This document shows positions 1-12,180 of a stretch of 64,000 nt of DNA, in pieces. The DNA is taken from NCBI GenBank assembly GCA_030141605.1, contig JAQGDQ010000338.1, positions 1-64,000 of the forward strand, in the 5' to 3' direction. Source of the DNA: Tubiluchus corallicola. Lineage: Eukaryota; Animalia; Priapulida. Position 1 is the first letter of the stretch, and each line of letters opens with the position of its first letter. The position numbers were made by a program, and so were the translations under genes. A model generated the notes under the pieces. It was not told the DNA's origin. It did not search any database and saw only the letters and a program-made list of their open reading frames with translations.

Positions 1-313
1 TGTATAAAAATATAGAATCAATTGTGCGGAGTTATTTGAGTCAATTGCAGACAGTTTTTGTATACTTTTGCATAGGAGCGGCCAGTACTTAGCCGTTTTT
101 GAGACAATTAGGTATCATGTATCCTTGATAGTTGGGTATTTTAAATTATGCATGAAACAAGGCAATTGATATTTTAAGTCCCTATGGTCACAAAATTGCA
201 ATTTGTTGCTGGCTCCAAGGGGGCTTTGCCCCTCAACCCCATTGGGGGCCTAGGTGGCCCCAAAACCCCCGGTCTGTTTCAGAGTTTTTTGCCATTTGTC
301 ATTCTCATCCCTG
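1..313 (-). mobile_element. Partial hAT-like MITE (mirror copy of 9224-9728)
   Basis: Ends in ATTCTCATCCCTG at 301-313, followed by GTATAGAG, the reverse complement of the target-site sequence CTCTATAC. Confidence 0.75.
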
Positions 314-565
314 GTATAGAGGTGTAATAATTGTGTACAAGTGTTTAACTGTAATAATCACAAAGTAACGTGTTAGAACACGAGACAGCATGAAAAAACT
401 TCATGTGGCAGTTACAAAGCTACTGAGTTGACGAATGTGGCGAATGTACACCTCGAGCGCATATCAGACAGTGGCGTGTTCTCTGTTTATTACCAATGTC
501 GGTGTTGCAGTAACTGTTATTGGAGTGAACTACTGTCAAAAATGAATTTTATAAAGAAGTACGCT

Positions 566-909
566 CATATCTCGGTTTGCCGGACCTCGTTTTACGGATA
601 TCGGGAAAAATTCGACCACTAAAAGTCCCACATACTACGGCCACGGTCTGTTGTTTCACGAGCTGACCGCTAGTTGGCAGGCCGCCACTTTGTTGACATC
701 ATTACATCAGTGCAACCAAGCAGCGAGTAACGACACGTGTGCAGCTTGTATGTCAGGAGCGGCCCGTACTAGACGTTTTTGAGACAATAACGCGATTGAT
801 TCTACACTACCGTGAGTCTAATACACGGCGACTACTGTATTAGCTTAGTATCAGTAGATACGGACAATCGGCAAATTCGAACCGCTTTTGTCCGGCAAAC
901 CGAGATTTG
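566..909. mobile_element. MITE with ~20-bp TIRs nested in the IR arm (mirror copy 8628-8971)
   Basis: CATATCTCGGTTTGCCGGAC (566-585) and GTCCGGCAAACCGAGATTTG (890-909). Its interior resembles the interior of the hAT-like MITE. No clear TSD. Confidence 0.6.
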
Positions 910-2359
910 TGTTGCAGAAAAAATGAAAACAGCAAGAGTATATTTCAGCGATCTTTATTTTTCAAACACAGCCAAAGCAATTTGCATAAAACCAAAAAGG
1001 ATGATTTTGTAAAGGATGACAAACACGTCACGCTAAAACCTAAATTTACAGATGGAAATTTTTGTTTTCTACCAAAAAAAATTGGCTAAGCCGCTAAACA
1101 GCTGATCTGCTAATTCAAACGACTCACATCAATATTTAAAAAAAAAGCAAATAACCAAATCTTTCAAATTTTAAAAAGCTAAACTTTTCACATACATAAG
1201 TCACAAGAAATAATCAACAAGAAACTGTTCTATTCAAGTCATCACAAGCATTTCTATAATTGATTCTTATTAAAATTTGTAACTCTCATTAAAATTTAAT
1301 ATTAATTTACATAATATAATTTCCAATTTTTCCAAATAGATCAGAAGCGCAGTGAAACTAAAAAAGGTAGAATTGTAGTGTTATAAACACAAGCATACTA
1401 GAAGGTCCGACATTTGCATGAAGAGTGACAGTTGCACACAATGACACAATAATAAATATGAAATTACAAGTAATACGACATGACGCTGATACACATTTAA
1501 TCATAGTGATAGTCATTAATACACATTATTTACATAAAGCTGCACATTTACTCTGTAAAATCGTAAACAGAGTTAGCAAAAGCAAAAAAACTGCTGCATT
1601 ACAAATATAAACTTGTGCGCGTTAACTGGAATTAAAAGCTTTCTTGTTAAACAACTGTGACAGCACGAAAAAACCATTTTCCAGTTGCTTAGGAATATAT
1701 AAATCTTCATGTTATGTGTAATCTTACAAACTTCTGTACGCGAGATGCAATAAAATCATTGATTTTAATCATTTTCTACCTTCAAACTCTCGGTCGATGC
1801 GAGAAAAAATACCGGCTAGTTAAAAATGGAATTGGATGCAAGTTGGACCCGCAAGTAAATAAAGTTAATTTGTTTAAAAATAGCAGGAAATGTGAATCAT
1901 TATCGGTTTCGTATATATTAATTACAGCTCCAACGACAGCACCATTTTTGGCGATCTATATGTCAAACAAAAGGTCTCGATCTAGTGTGGTCTCATATAG
2001 GTTTTGCAAAACTTATACCTCTTATTTCTAGGGAACGGGAACATGCCGGGCTGTGCTAACTATGGACAGATAACCCGTTCGACGGTGGGTGTAGTAGGCG
2101 TATTTAGAATTCACGTGAGGGCCAAGGACATTTTCCCGGACTCACTGACGCAAATTTTGCAAAAAACTTCTCAAACAGCCTTTAGAAAAACTCAATTTGT
2201 GCAACTGTTTGGGCACACTGGGAAAAAATAAGCACACTCATGGAAAGAGGACAAAACGGTCCATAAAATGTTGAAGGTTTCATTAGGAGAGGGGTCCACA
2301 AGATGAAATGGGAAGAGTGTATTTCAAGGTTCTTTTCCAACCTTCCCCCCAGTACTGCA

Positions 2360-2445
2360 CACTATTTGGAACATCCATTGTCTTTCAGTTTGATAAATTT
2401 CGCAGCTCTTCCAGGCATTGTCTTCACCCATCATTCTACAGTGTT
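2360..2445 (-). pseudogene. Possible degenerate Tc1-like transposase C-terminus
   Basis: The minus strand reads WVKTMPGRAAKFIKLKDNGCSK*, resembling the Tc1 end motif LVxSMPxRxxAVIxxKGxxTKY. Upstream DDE motifs are not recognisable. Confidence 0.3.
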
Positions 2446-2699
2446 ATAGATTATACGTGTAAGTAATCCTATTATAATTTGAGAAGCAGTTAACAAAACT
2501 ATGTGGAATGCATTCGCGAACATTGTTAAAAGCCTAACCTCTTAGAAGGCTTGGCCTTTCCTTTAAACCAAACTTCCTTTACGAAAAGGTAAGCGTATCA
2601 GCGTGATTGATGTTAGGCCTGAAATATGTAGCCATGGTTGGAACATTTGTAGTGATATTCAAAACAATAGCTGCTATCAGCACTGGATTATCCGTTAAG

Positions 2700-2925
2700 C
2701 AAAATAACCACATGCTTAGGGCCTCCGGGAATGAGGGAACCCATACATCTTTTTTTTAGAATCGAATAATTACCGAAAGTAAAATATACCGGAATAAGTG
2801 AGGCGGATTCTGTGTTTCTTCACAATATGACGGTACGGATGGGCATCCACATTCTGGCTACTGATGAGCCCTGAACTGCTCACTGCCCAGATGATGACAT
2901 TGTTTGATTGTATAATATGTCATAA
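2700..2925 (+). repeat. Dispersed repeat fragment, second copy at ~49390-49600
   Basis: Shared blocks such as CACAA(T/A)..GAC(G)..TACGGATGG.CATC...ATTCTGGCTACTGA and CATTGTTTGATT.TATAAT occur at both loci. Confidence 0.7.
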
Positions 2926-3314
2926 TATATTTCAAGTGTGCAATCCTTATAATAAATGTGCTGAAAACTGGGCAGGATAATGTTGCTTTTCAGCTTTGAC
3001 TGTATGTATTTTATCACATGATGATGATGATGACTACTGCAAACAAATCTTACTGCAAGTTTTTTTTCATTTCGAAAGATAAAATTTCATTCTACAGTTT
3101 AGTATTGTTTTTGTTGGAGGTACCATAATTTTTTCAGTGCTTAGAGCTTCTTGAGGTCTTAGTCTGGCCATGGGTGCAAGTGGGCAGAATAATATTAGAA
3201 ATTTCCTTAAAAAGCTCCATTGGATTTAATTGTTTGTTGATGTAATCAGTTTATTGATGTAATCAGTTATTGACGTAATCAATCATTTAACTTTGGAACT
3301 TAATTATTTTATAG

Positions 3315-3700
3315 ATCGGCAAGGTCTGAAACAGCAAAACAGGGTCTCGTTTTTTCACAATCGCCTCGTCGAATGTCTGAAGTGGTGTCTTGCGAACAAT
3401 CCGTCGAGAAGTTTACCCAACATCGGCACAACATTGACAGCAATAGATGAAGTGCGCGGACTGTTGCTGCAATATGGTGATCTCATCCTCGGAATGAAAG
3501 TGACGAAGCAAGACGGCAACGACCTTGAAGACAGACGCATGAGGACGAGACATCATTCTGCAGATCAGCCGGAGCGTACCAAAGTGCGACGGATGTCGGA
3601 CGAGTCCGTCGTTAACGGCTACGGATGCGAATCGCAGGTGTATCCGATGGACTTGAGGCACCGGCATCCGTCTAACAACAGCAGAGTTGCCGCAGTCTAG
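3315..3700 (+). CDS. Terminal coding exon of an NR1-subfamily nuclear receptor (LBD helices 9-11 plus a long C-terminal tail; REV-ERB/E75-like)
   Basis: Acceptor ttattttatag|AT splits the Asp of DRxGL (phase 1). DRQGL...V...L...L...N...L...R.L...L...V aligns without gaps over 63 aa to REV-ERB DRSGM...LRTLNNMHSEKLLSFRV (recalled sequence). Stop TAG at 3698-3700. Confidence 0.75.
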
Positions 3701-6700
3701 GCGCGTAAACCGCCTGGCTTCACATTGACTGAACAAAAGAGCAGCACATGCAGATCAGGTTTTGTTTTACTTGGTGACAGAGTTTAATGTTGTTAGTAGT
3801 ATAGCAACTAGAAAAGCGGTAGCTCTTACCATATCTCACTAGATTCCAGGATGAATGTAAACGTGTAAGGGTTTAGTGGCGTACTGTAATAATGGAAACA
3901 AAAGGACTATATGGACGAAAATGCAAAGTACAACAGCATTTGTGTGTGTCATGTTGATGAAAAGGAAAAGTACAATGATAAATACGCGAAGGCTAGATAC
4001 TGAAGTTGCTATCTATCTGATTTTGTTTGGGGTAGACAGGTAATGTACATGCAAACGACAGTTTTCATAGTTTCGTATTATTCTTGTGTAAGTATACTGA
4101 CTGAATTTTACTGGACTAGCTGGCTCCTCACCAAACACTACCTCTATTTCCGTTACCTCCTCGACTATAACTATAGAAGCCATTTTACCTCTTTGCTGTT
4201 ATACATTATCATTATTATCCTATAGTAAACACGATAGGTGTCACACGATTAGTTAGTAAAAGCCAGCCGAATGGAACTTGTCTTTTCTATGTGTCCATCC
4301 TCGTACCTCATTTTGCATACGTATAAATTATAGTGAGTCAGATATCAAAAATGTTATTAGAGCAGGAATTATAAACAGGAATATTTTGCATATTGTGTAA
4401 AAGTATGTAATTTTCACTAATTATTCTTTGCGTACAAGGCCTGCCAGTATTTTTACTAACAAGTAAGAATTTCCTCCTTAATAAGTAATACAGCAAGTAC
4501 TTTTGTGCACTGTACCAGATCTTGCAGATGCTGCAGTTGTTCTTAACCTTCTTAACCTGCCTTTCGACCTCTTCAAGCTTTTTTCTGCTAACAACATTCT
4601 TAGTACCAGTACCCACATTACCTGAAAAATACAGAAATAGAATACAACTGAAATGACAAGTATATGAAAAATTTACCTTCACTTTTTTGTGCACGTATTT
4701 AGTACTTAGTACGTTTCGTAACTCTTAGCATACACAACCTAGTTGACTTTTTTAGTGTTATATAGTTACAAATTTATGATTTAGTTACTATTTTATGTTT
4801 TAATATTATACTATGTACGTCAACTCATACGCAATAACCGTTATTTGCCTGTTCTTGCAGTCTGTACCTTTTCTTAATTTAGCCTCGGTTATATCTCTAC
4901 CTCAAATAAGTTCTTACTGGTGTAATGCGCTTTTGCAAAAAACTCTTAAAATTTGCCTCTTATGAAAGTAGCTAGTAGTTGCAGAGTTTATTGTGAGTGA
5001 CCAATTTTTTAGAAAAATCATTTGTTTTCGAATAGCTGACGATAATTTTCCATCTCTAAAGCAACTACTACTTGCTTTTCCAGTTTTCTGTCATTTCTTT
5101 TTGCAGTTCAAAAACTGTTCACCAAATTTAACTTTTACTATAAGCGAACAACTATTCTACTTCGATGATTTCTGCTTAGCGTAGAGTACGATGCTGTTAC
5201 GAAAAATTGCTGAAAAGTTTGGTAAAACGTATCCTGTCAGTTTAAAATTTCATTTTGAAATGTAGCAATGAGTACTCTAACTTGGCATGCTTTTAAAATA
5301 TATACAAATGTATCCTATGTCCTACAAACTTTATTTAATATATGTACTTGTTTTTAATCAAATGACATGCAAAATGTCTATGCAGGGTATTCACTCTTAA
5401 TACTACCAACTTTTCTTCCAGACCAAACTTCAAATACCTCACTAAATCTTTAAGTGTTATTAGAATCGTAGTTGTCTCCTATACAATAGTTGTTGTGAAA
5501 TATGTACTTAATTATTCCTGTTGTAATCTGTATGTCACTGATTTTATTCATGATTTTATCACACATTTATTGAGTGACTTGGATATAAGTAATGTTAGGT
5601 AGAGTTAGAGAAACGTTATCTAATCTTAGAACATCATACATATTTGCAAATTTTTTGTTTTGTGTAAGGATAAAAAATGTGGATGTCATGTTTCAAAGAG
5701 AATGCATTGTGACATTTAGAGTTTCATTGTTTACAGATATGTGTACTTTTTTTGTAACAGAGTAGGTATATTTGTCATCATAGTGTGTCGTTTGATGTGT
5801 GAATTTCTGAATGTTTGCTGCCGGCGTGTTATTGCCATGGCAGAAGATTTCTGCTTGTTGCTGCTTTTGTTGTTGCTAGAAGAACATTAATCACGAAACC
5901 GATTGCTACGGATAGATTGTTTTGAAAAGGTAGATAGCGCGAGCACCTGCTATCTTGGCTTTGTAAGAGAAATCATCACAACATTTCGGTTTTGAAGAAC
6001 TGTAACGAGATTAAAGATGTTTCGCAAGATTCCGCTTAAGTTACTGCTATAGTCGTCGTCGTGATGGCATGCGGCGTGGTGATATCGTGCAATCGGTTTT
6101 GAGTTCAGTTCGCATGCTTCGTGTTCAACGTGCTTTTTATCCGACTCTCGCTCACAGTGGCATAGTTATAACGTGTAAAACATGTTATGGTTCGTCAAAA
6201 CGTCAGGTGTTAAACACAATCGAGGAGCTATAAGCAATGATGTAAATGTTAACTATGCCACTCTTTGTTTGTAATGTTTGCTAAACTGAATAATGAGCTA
6301 TAAGTTATGGTTAGCTAATGACCAAACAAATAGGTGCAATTATAAATAGTTAGCTATTTTGAGAATTTTTTTACATTTCGAGCATTTAGTGATAATGCTT
6401 TTGTCGAGGCATGCGCGTATGTTGATCCTTGTATCACGCCAGTGGTCTGTCGTAGAGTGGCATTTAGTCTAGTTGCAGGACCTTGTCAACATTGTTGCAG
6501 ATAACATAAATATATAAACTGAGTTAGTCCCATGCAGAAATGATTCTAAAATTATTGACAAGGATAAAGTGAATTCAATTCGAATGGTTTTTTTGGCTTT
6601 CGAACTCGAATCAAACTGAATTTCAAGATTTCGAGTCAAGGTCAATTAGGAGTTCAGTTTTAAAGATTTGTGAATAATAAGCAGTCTCACCGAGATCCGT

Positions 6701-7714
6701 GCATTTTGGTCTGCAGTAAAACACAAATATTTAATAATTATGCACATAAATTGTACTGAATTATGCTGATTTAATGATAAAGAACGTATGTGCTGCAGTG
6801 GTGAATTATTCAATTCCATCGATTCGATGCTCGCCATAAAGTGATAACCATAGTTTTATGTGTGCATCCTAAAATCAATATTTAAGTTATTCTGAGTTCT
6901 GTTACACTCAGAACTTGATAAAAGTCAACAAAGAAGGTTGGTTTTAAATTTCTTGAGAAAGGCTGAACTGATGAATTTTATTGCTTTACCTTAAACTGCA
7001 AGAGTTTAACAAGCAAATGCAGACGTTAACGAGCAGCTGAAAACAAGGATCAACATTTTCGCGTGCCTATTTTTGCCTTATCCGTAACGTGGCAAACTTT
7101 GCCGGACGCCGTGCTTTGTATCGTTGCTCAGTTTGCATATCGCTTGCAATTCCAGTAGGTAAAAGCTCGTCCTTATTGTCTTTCTTAAGCGCTTGTGATG
7201 CTGATGCTCAGATGCTGACCCGGCAAAATAATTGCTGCATTACGATCAGGCCTACGAATTATATGCTGTATGATGAATGATCATAATTATATTGTATTAA
7301 GAGAAAGTATTAGCACACCCCCTTATTTTCTGTACAAAAGTTGAGAATTTCATTGCGTAAGAGCCAAAATATGTAATATATTTAGGTATGTGACTTGTCT
7401 TCAGTAATCAATGACTTTTGATTATGCTGTTTATTGTGTTATCATTCGGTTTCAAGAATTTCTGTTATGGTAGGCAGTTTCGAAATTTTGTAATGTAAAT
7501 TTTGATATTTTGCCTATTAATTTGTCTGTCCAAGAATGACTGTGTGCATCTCTTTGCTTTATAAAGGCCCGAGTTGTCCATCAAATCTATTGAGTTGTCC
7601 ATCAAGTCCATCGAGTTGTCCATCAACTCTGACAGCTTTACAGACATTATGATTAGCCCTGTATGTTTTTGTGGCCGCTACTATGGAAACATATTTCACC
7701 ATGAAAACCAGTTG

Positions 7715-9536
7715 TAACTAGCCGGTATTTTTTCTCGCATCGACCGAGAGTTTGAAGGTAGAAAATGATTAAAATCAATGATTTTATTGCATCTCGCGTA
7801 CAGAAGTTTGTAAGATTACACATAACATGAAGATTTATATATTCCTAAGCAACTGGAAAATGGTTTTTTCGTGCTGTCACAGTTGTTTAACAAGAAAGCT
7901 TTTAATTCCAGTTAACGCGCACAAGTTTATATTTGTAATGCAGCAGTTTTTTTGCTTTTGCTAACTCTGTTTACGATTTTACAGAGTAAATGTGCAGCTT
8001 TATGTAAATAATGTGTATTAATGACTATCACTATGATTAAATGTGTATCAGCGTCATGTCGTATTACTTGTAATTTCATATTTATTATTGTGTCATTGTG
8101 TGCAACTGTCACTCTTCATGCAAATGTCGGACCTTCTAGTATGCTTGTGTTTATAACACTACAATTCTACCTTTTTTAGTTTCACTGCGCTTCTGATCTA
8201 TTTGGAAAAATTGGAAATTATATTATGTAAATTAATATTAAATTTTAATGAGAGTTACAAATTTTAATAAGAATCAATTATAGAAATGCTTGTGATGACT
8301 TGAATAGAACAGTTTCTTGTTGATTATTTCTTGTGACTTATGTATGTGAAAAGTTTAGCTTTTTAAAATTTGAAAGATTTGGTTATTTGCTTTTTTTTTA
8401 AATATTGATGTGAGTCGTTTGAATTAGCAGATCAGCTGTTTAGCGGCTTAGCCAATTTTTTTTGGTAGAAAACAAAAATTTCCATCTGTAAATTTAGGTT
8501 TTAGCGTGACGTGTTTGTCATCCTTTACAAAATCATCCTTTTTGGTTTTATGCAAATTGCTTTGGCTGTGTTTGAAAAATAAAGATCGCTGAAATATACT
8601 CTTGCTGTTTTCATTTTTTCTGCAACACAAATCTCGGTTTGCCGGACAAAAGCGGTTCGAATTTGCCGATTGTCCGTATCTACTGATACTAAGCTAATAC
8701 AGTAGTCGCCGTGTATTAGACTCACGGTAATGTAGAATCAATCGCGTTATTGTCTCAAAAACGTCTAGTACGGGCCGCTCCTGACATACAAGCTGCACAC
8801 GTGTCGTTACTCGCTGCTTGGTTGCACTGATGTAATGATGTCAACAAAGTGGCGGCCTGCCAACTAGCGGTCAGCTCGTGAAACAACAGACCGTGGCCGT
8901 AGTATGTGGGACTTTTAGTGGTCGAATTTTTCCCGATATCCGTAAAACGAGGTCCGGCAAACCGAGATATGAGCGTACTTCTTTATAAAATTCATTTTTG
9001 ACAGTAGTTCACTCCAATAACAGTTACTGCAACACCGACATTGGTAATAAACAGAGAACACGCCACTGTCTGATATGCGCTCGAGGTGTACATTCGCCAC
9101 ATTCGTCAACTCAGTAGCTTTGTAACTGCCACATGAAGTTTTTTCATGCTGTCTCGTGTTCTAACACGTTACTTTGTGATTATTACAGTTAAACACTTGT
9201 ACACAATTATTACACCTCTATACCAGGGATGAGAATGACAAATTGCAAAAAACTCTGAAACAGACCGGGGGTTTTGGGGCCACCTAGGCCCCCAATGGGG
9301 TTGAGGGGCAAAGCCCCCTTGGAGCCAGCAACAAATTGCAATTTTGTGACCATAGGGACTTAAAATATCAATTGCCTTGTTTCATGCATAATTTAAAATA
9401 CCCAACTATCAAGGATACATGATACCTAATTGTCTCAAAAACGGCTAAGTACTGGCCGCTCCTATGCAAAAGTATACAAAAACTGTCTGCAATTGACTCA
9501 AATAACTCCGCACAATTGATTCTATATTTTTATACA
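7715..9536 (-). repeat. Right arm of the large inverted repeat (may extend further right)
   Basis: Reverse complement of 1-1822. Inner boundary TAACTAGCCGGT at 7715 pairs with ACCGGCTAGTTA at 1811-1822. Confidence 0.97.
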
Positions 9537-9728
9537 TTGAGATATACACGTGGTTACACTGATGTACGTGATGTAAACAAAGTGACTGCCAATTAGCCGT
9601 CAGCTTGTGAAATAATGTACTGGGTCCGTAAAAATTTTCTCAACGAATTTACGTAATTTACAAAAATGGCACTACTGGTCTTCCAAAAACTCAGAATTCC
9701 GCCTATCAGCGGAAAATTCTCATCCCTG
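9224..9728 (+). mobile_element. hAT-like MITE, 505 bp
   Basis: 13-bp perfect TIR CAGGGATGAGAAT / ATTCTCATCCCTG. 8-bp TSD CTCTATAC (9216-9223) vs CTGTATAC (9729-9736), one mismatch. Confidence 0.8.
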
Positions 9729-9764
9729 CTGTATACACACATACACCTGAGACATTAGTAGTGG

Positions 9765-10109
9765 TTAACTAATTTTCCTCCACTGTTCTTCCGGATATTT
9801 CAAGTAATTTGGATCCCTCGGCTGCTGATTGTTCTTCATGCTCTTTTGCAGTTTCAATCCTTTCAGGCTGTGCACCAAAGTGGGTGACTTCGGAAACGCC
9901 GTGGGTCCGTCAATCTCCGGATCGTAGCGCTTGTAGTTCACATTTACGTGCAAATTTGGCGGAAGATCTCGTTTGGCAAACTGTTCTAGGGCCGTGATTG
10001 GCTCAACCGGCTTCGTGTAGAACTGCGTCAGCTTTTCCAAAGAGTCGATAGTGTGCAAAATCGAATCTGGAACGCCGTGGTCGAAATGTCGTTCACAACG
10101 AGTCAGAAG
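9765..10109 (-). CDS. MRPL50: Mitochondrial ribosomal protein mL50, last exon
   Basis: LLTRCERHFDHGVPDSILH...FY...DLPPNLHV..NYKRYDPE..GPTAFPKSPTLV matches protostome mRpL50 motifs (HGVPNS..H, LPENLHI, Y.RFHPE, TAFPKSSTLV). Acceptor ttttgcag, phase 0. Confidence 0.9.
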   Translation of the reverse strand, partial: LLTRCERHFDHGVPDSILHTIDSLEKLTQFYTKPVEPITALEQFAKRDLPPNLHVNVNYKRYDPEIDGPTAFPKSPTLVHSLKGLKLQKSMKNNQQPRDPNYLKYPEEQWRKIS

Positions 10110-10240
10110 CTGCAAAATTTATTAGAACAATCAATTAAAATGCATTGCTCGTAAGAATTTCATTAAAATGTACTGCTATTATTTTCACAGTGCCTGCAAC
10201 ATTCTCACCAAAATATACTGCTTCATACAACATTCATTAA

Positions 10241-10779
10241 AGGAAAACCAATGGATTGTTTAAACTCGATCTCATTTTAATTTACTATCCAAAATATACA
10301 TTATCTTACCTATAAAAGCAAACAATTGTTTCTTATATTTGAATAATTAGCTTAGAAAGTTAATTAACGGCAACCAAACACAGCTATTGCTTACGTCAGA
10401 AACTAACCACAGTTTCTGTAATGGCAGGCATCTCCCTTGCGCATCAAGCACGTTTGCGTAAGTGTTACAGCTTAAATGCGTGATGTCACGAAAATGGACT
10501 CTACATCACATGACGTCAGAAACTAACACTGCAGTTCATGATCATAGTTATTACGGTACTGCCTTCTATTTGTCGGCCACGCGCATGTGACAAAAAGCGC
10601 CATTGCCAATCTTTGTAGATTCGCTAAGCTGCGCGTAGCTTTGAAAGTTTTACGAAATTTGAGTATCCGAGGTAATTATTATTTAATTCAAGCTTTGATT
10701 TAAAAAAACTATTGCATTTTCAATATTTTAAAGCATACTTTATTCTAAACTCGTGTTTACACAATCGTCCGGTTTCCTT
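10241..10779 (+). mobile_element. Kolobok-like MITE family A (TTAA-flanked)
   Basis: ttaa|AGGAAAACC..GATTGT ... ACAATC..CCGGTTTCCT|ttaa. Homologous copies at 12310-12817 and 19811-20386. Confidence 0.7.
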
Positions 10780-11274
10780 TTAAAAAGCACTGCTCGTAGC
10801 ACTTCCGCCAACACACTGCTAGCATTACCGTAACACTACAACTGCAAAGACACTTTACTGGCAACGTTGCAGAGCATACCTTAGCTCAGCACACAAACAT
10901 CAGTGGTCATTTATTGAATTTCTGTACTTGTAAAGTAACAGATGTTCATACAGGTTCTGTTTTCAAGCAGCTTGTTGAAATATGGCACACTTTTTTTCTG
11001 ATGCTTTTTGTGAGTTGAATCCATTGCACGCTACAGGGCAAATGAAGCATTATAACTAAAACACCTACTTAATATAGATGGTTTGTGGGGAAGCTAGTAT
11101 CATCAAAGACAATCTAACACCTCTAATAGACAAGCAGTGCTGGCAGAGGAAACTTAGCCACACTTTCAGTTGGGTTTCGTCACCATCATGCATGACTAGT
11201 TGTTTGTGAAGGGGTCTCAAAAGTGGTTATTACAAATATAATGTATTACTATATAGCAAATGGGCAAAGAAATG

Positions 11275-11748
11275 CAGTCAACCTCGGGTATAAGGTACTC
11301 GCTTATAAGGGACCACCAAAACCGGTCCCGTTTTTTCGTAACATTTTTCCTATGTAACAATCTTCATATGTAAGGTACTCAGATACAAGGGACTTTTGGT
11401 TATAAGGGACGATATCTTCAGGTCCTGCGTAATAGAAACCCAGGTAAATTACCCCGCATATAAGGGACCCTATGATCACAGTGAAATTGATCGATTTTTA
11501 ACCTCAATTTTTTGCAAACTCAGCCTTCGAACAGCTTGGTTTCTGCGGTCACATACATCTCGCATCACTGTAGGAGGTTTCTACATACCGTTTGCATTGA
11601 ATGTATAGCAATAATCCATAAAAGTATGGGTAAAAGTACAGGTCTATATAAACCCTATGTCTGACTCAACTTCGGCAATAAGGGACATCGGATGTAAGGG
11701 ACAGTTTTTTCCGGTCCCGAGGTGTCCCTTATATCCGAGGTTTGACTG
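11275..11748. mobile_element. pogo/Tigger-like MITE
   Basis: TIR CAGTCAA-CCTCGG.TATAAGG / CCTTATATCCGAGGTTTGACTG|ta, with repeated internal ATAAGGGAC motifs. Confidence 0.75.
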
Positions 11749-11859
11749 TAATAAAAAAATAAGAAATTAACAATAATGGTTTTGTAATTTCATGGAGCAA
11801 AGAGTAATGCACTCAGCTTGCATGCACGTAAATAATAGAATATCAACTCTAATAATTAC

Positions 11860-11989
11860 CTTGAATTTCATGTGAGAGTCTGAAAATGTGGCTGGTTGCT
11901 TAGTAGAGTCTATCACCTCGTCATAAATTTGCTTCACTTGCTCTATAACATCATCTGCTGGCTGGTATCCGTGTTTCGTCCTGGTTTCT
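11860..11989 (-). CDS. MRPL50: MRPL50 internal exon (ETRTKHGYQPADDVIEQVKQI...MKFK)
   Basis: Acceptor ttttctag, donor aag|gtaatt. 130 bp with phases matching both neighbouring exons. Confidence 0.88.
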
Positions 11990-12180
11990 CTAGAAAATAC
12001 AAGTAATCCATTAAGAACCGAGAAGCATGGGTGCACAATGAGCTTGAAACGAGTCGTGAAAAGTACTCACCAGTTACAGAACAAGTTTAATGGTGTATCA
12101 CTAAAGGGACAATGGGGATGAAGATTGAGAAGACTTACTTATGAGAACATTGTTGCTTTGGAAAATTGAAAATGTTTTAA

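Larger units (their letters stand above)
1..1822 (+). repeat. Left arm of a large inverted repeat (truncated by window start)
   Basis: Position x pairs with 9537-x throughout. Four ORFs are mirrored exactly (428-622/8915-9109, 812-1012/8525-8725, 907-1089/8448-8630, 1425-1610/7927-8112). I saw only two mismatches (293, 807) and no indels. Confidence 0.97.

Noticed and set aside
428-1610. Four ORFs duplicated on opposite strands as candidate genes
   Set aside because: They are short, have no recognisable motifs, overlap MITEs and are duplicated only because of the inverted repeat.
2855-2895. CTGATGAG as a hammerhead core
   Set aside because: No GAAA follows the potential stem II, and the homologous copy at ~49540 lacks the motif.
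1-9536. Maverick/Polinton or other autonomous long-TIR element
   Set aside because: The spacer is 5.9 kb and shows no polB, integrase, capsid or intact transposase ORF.
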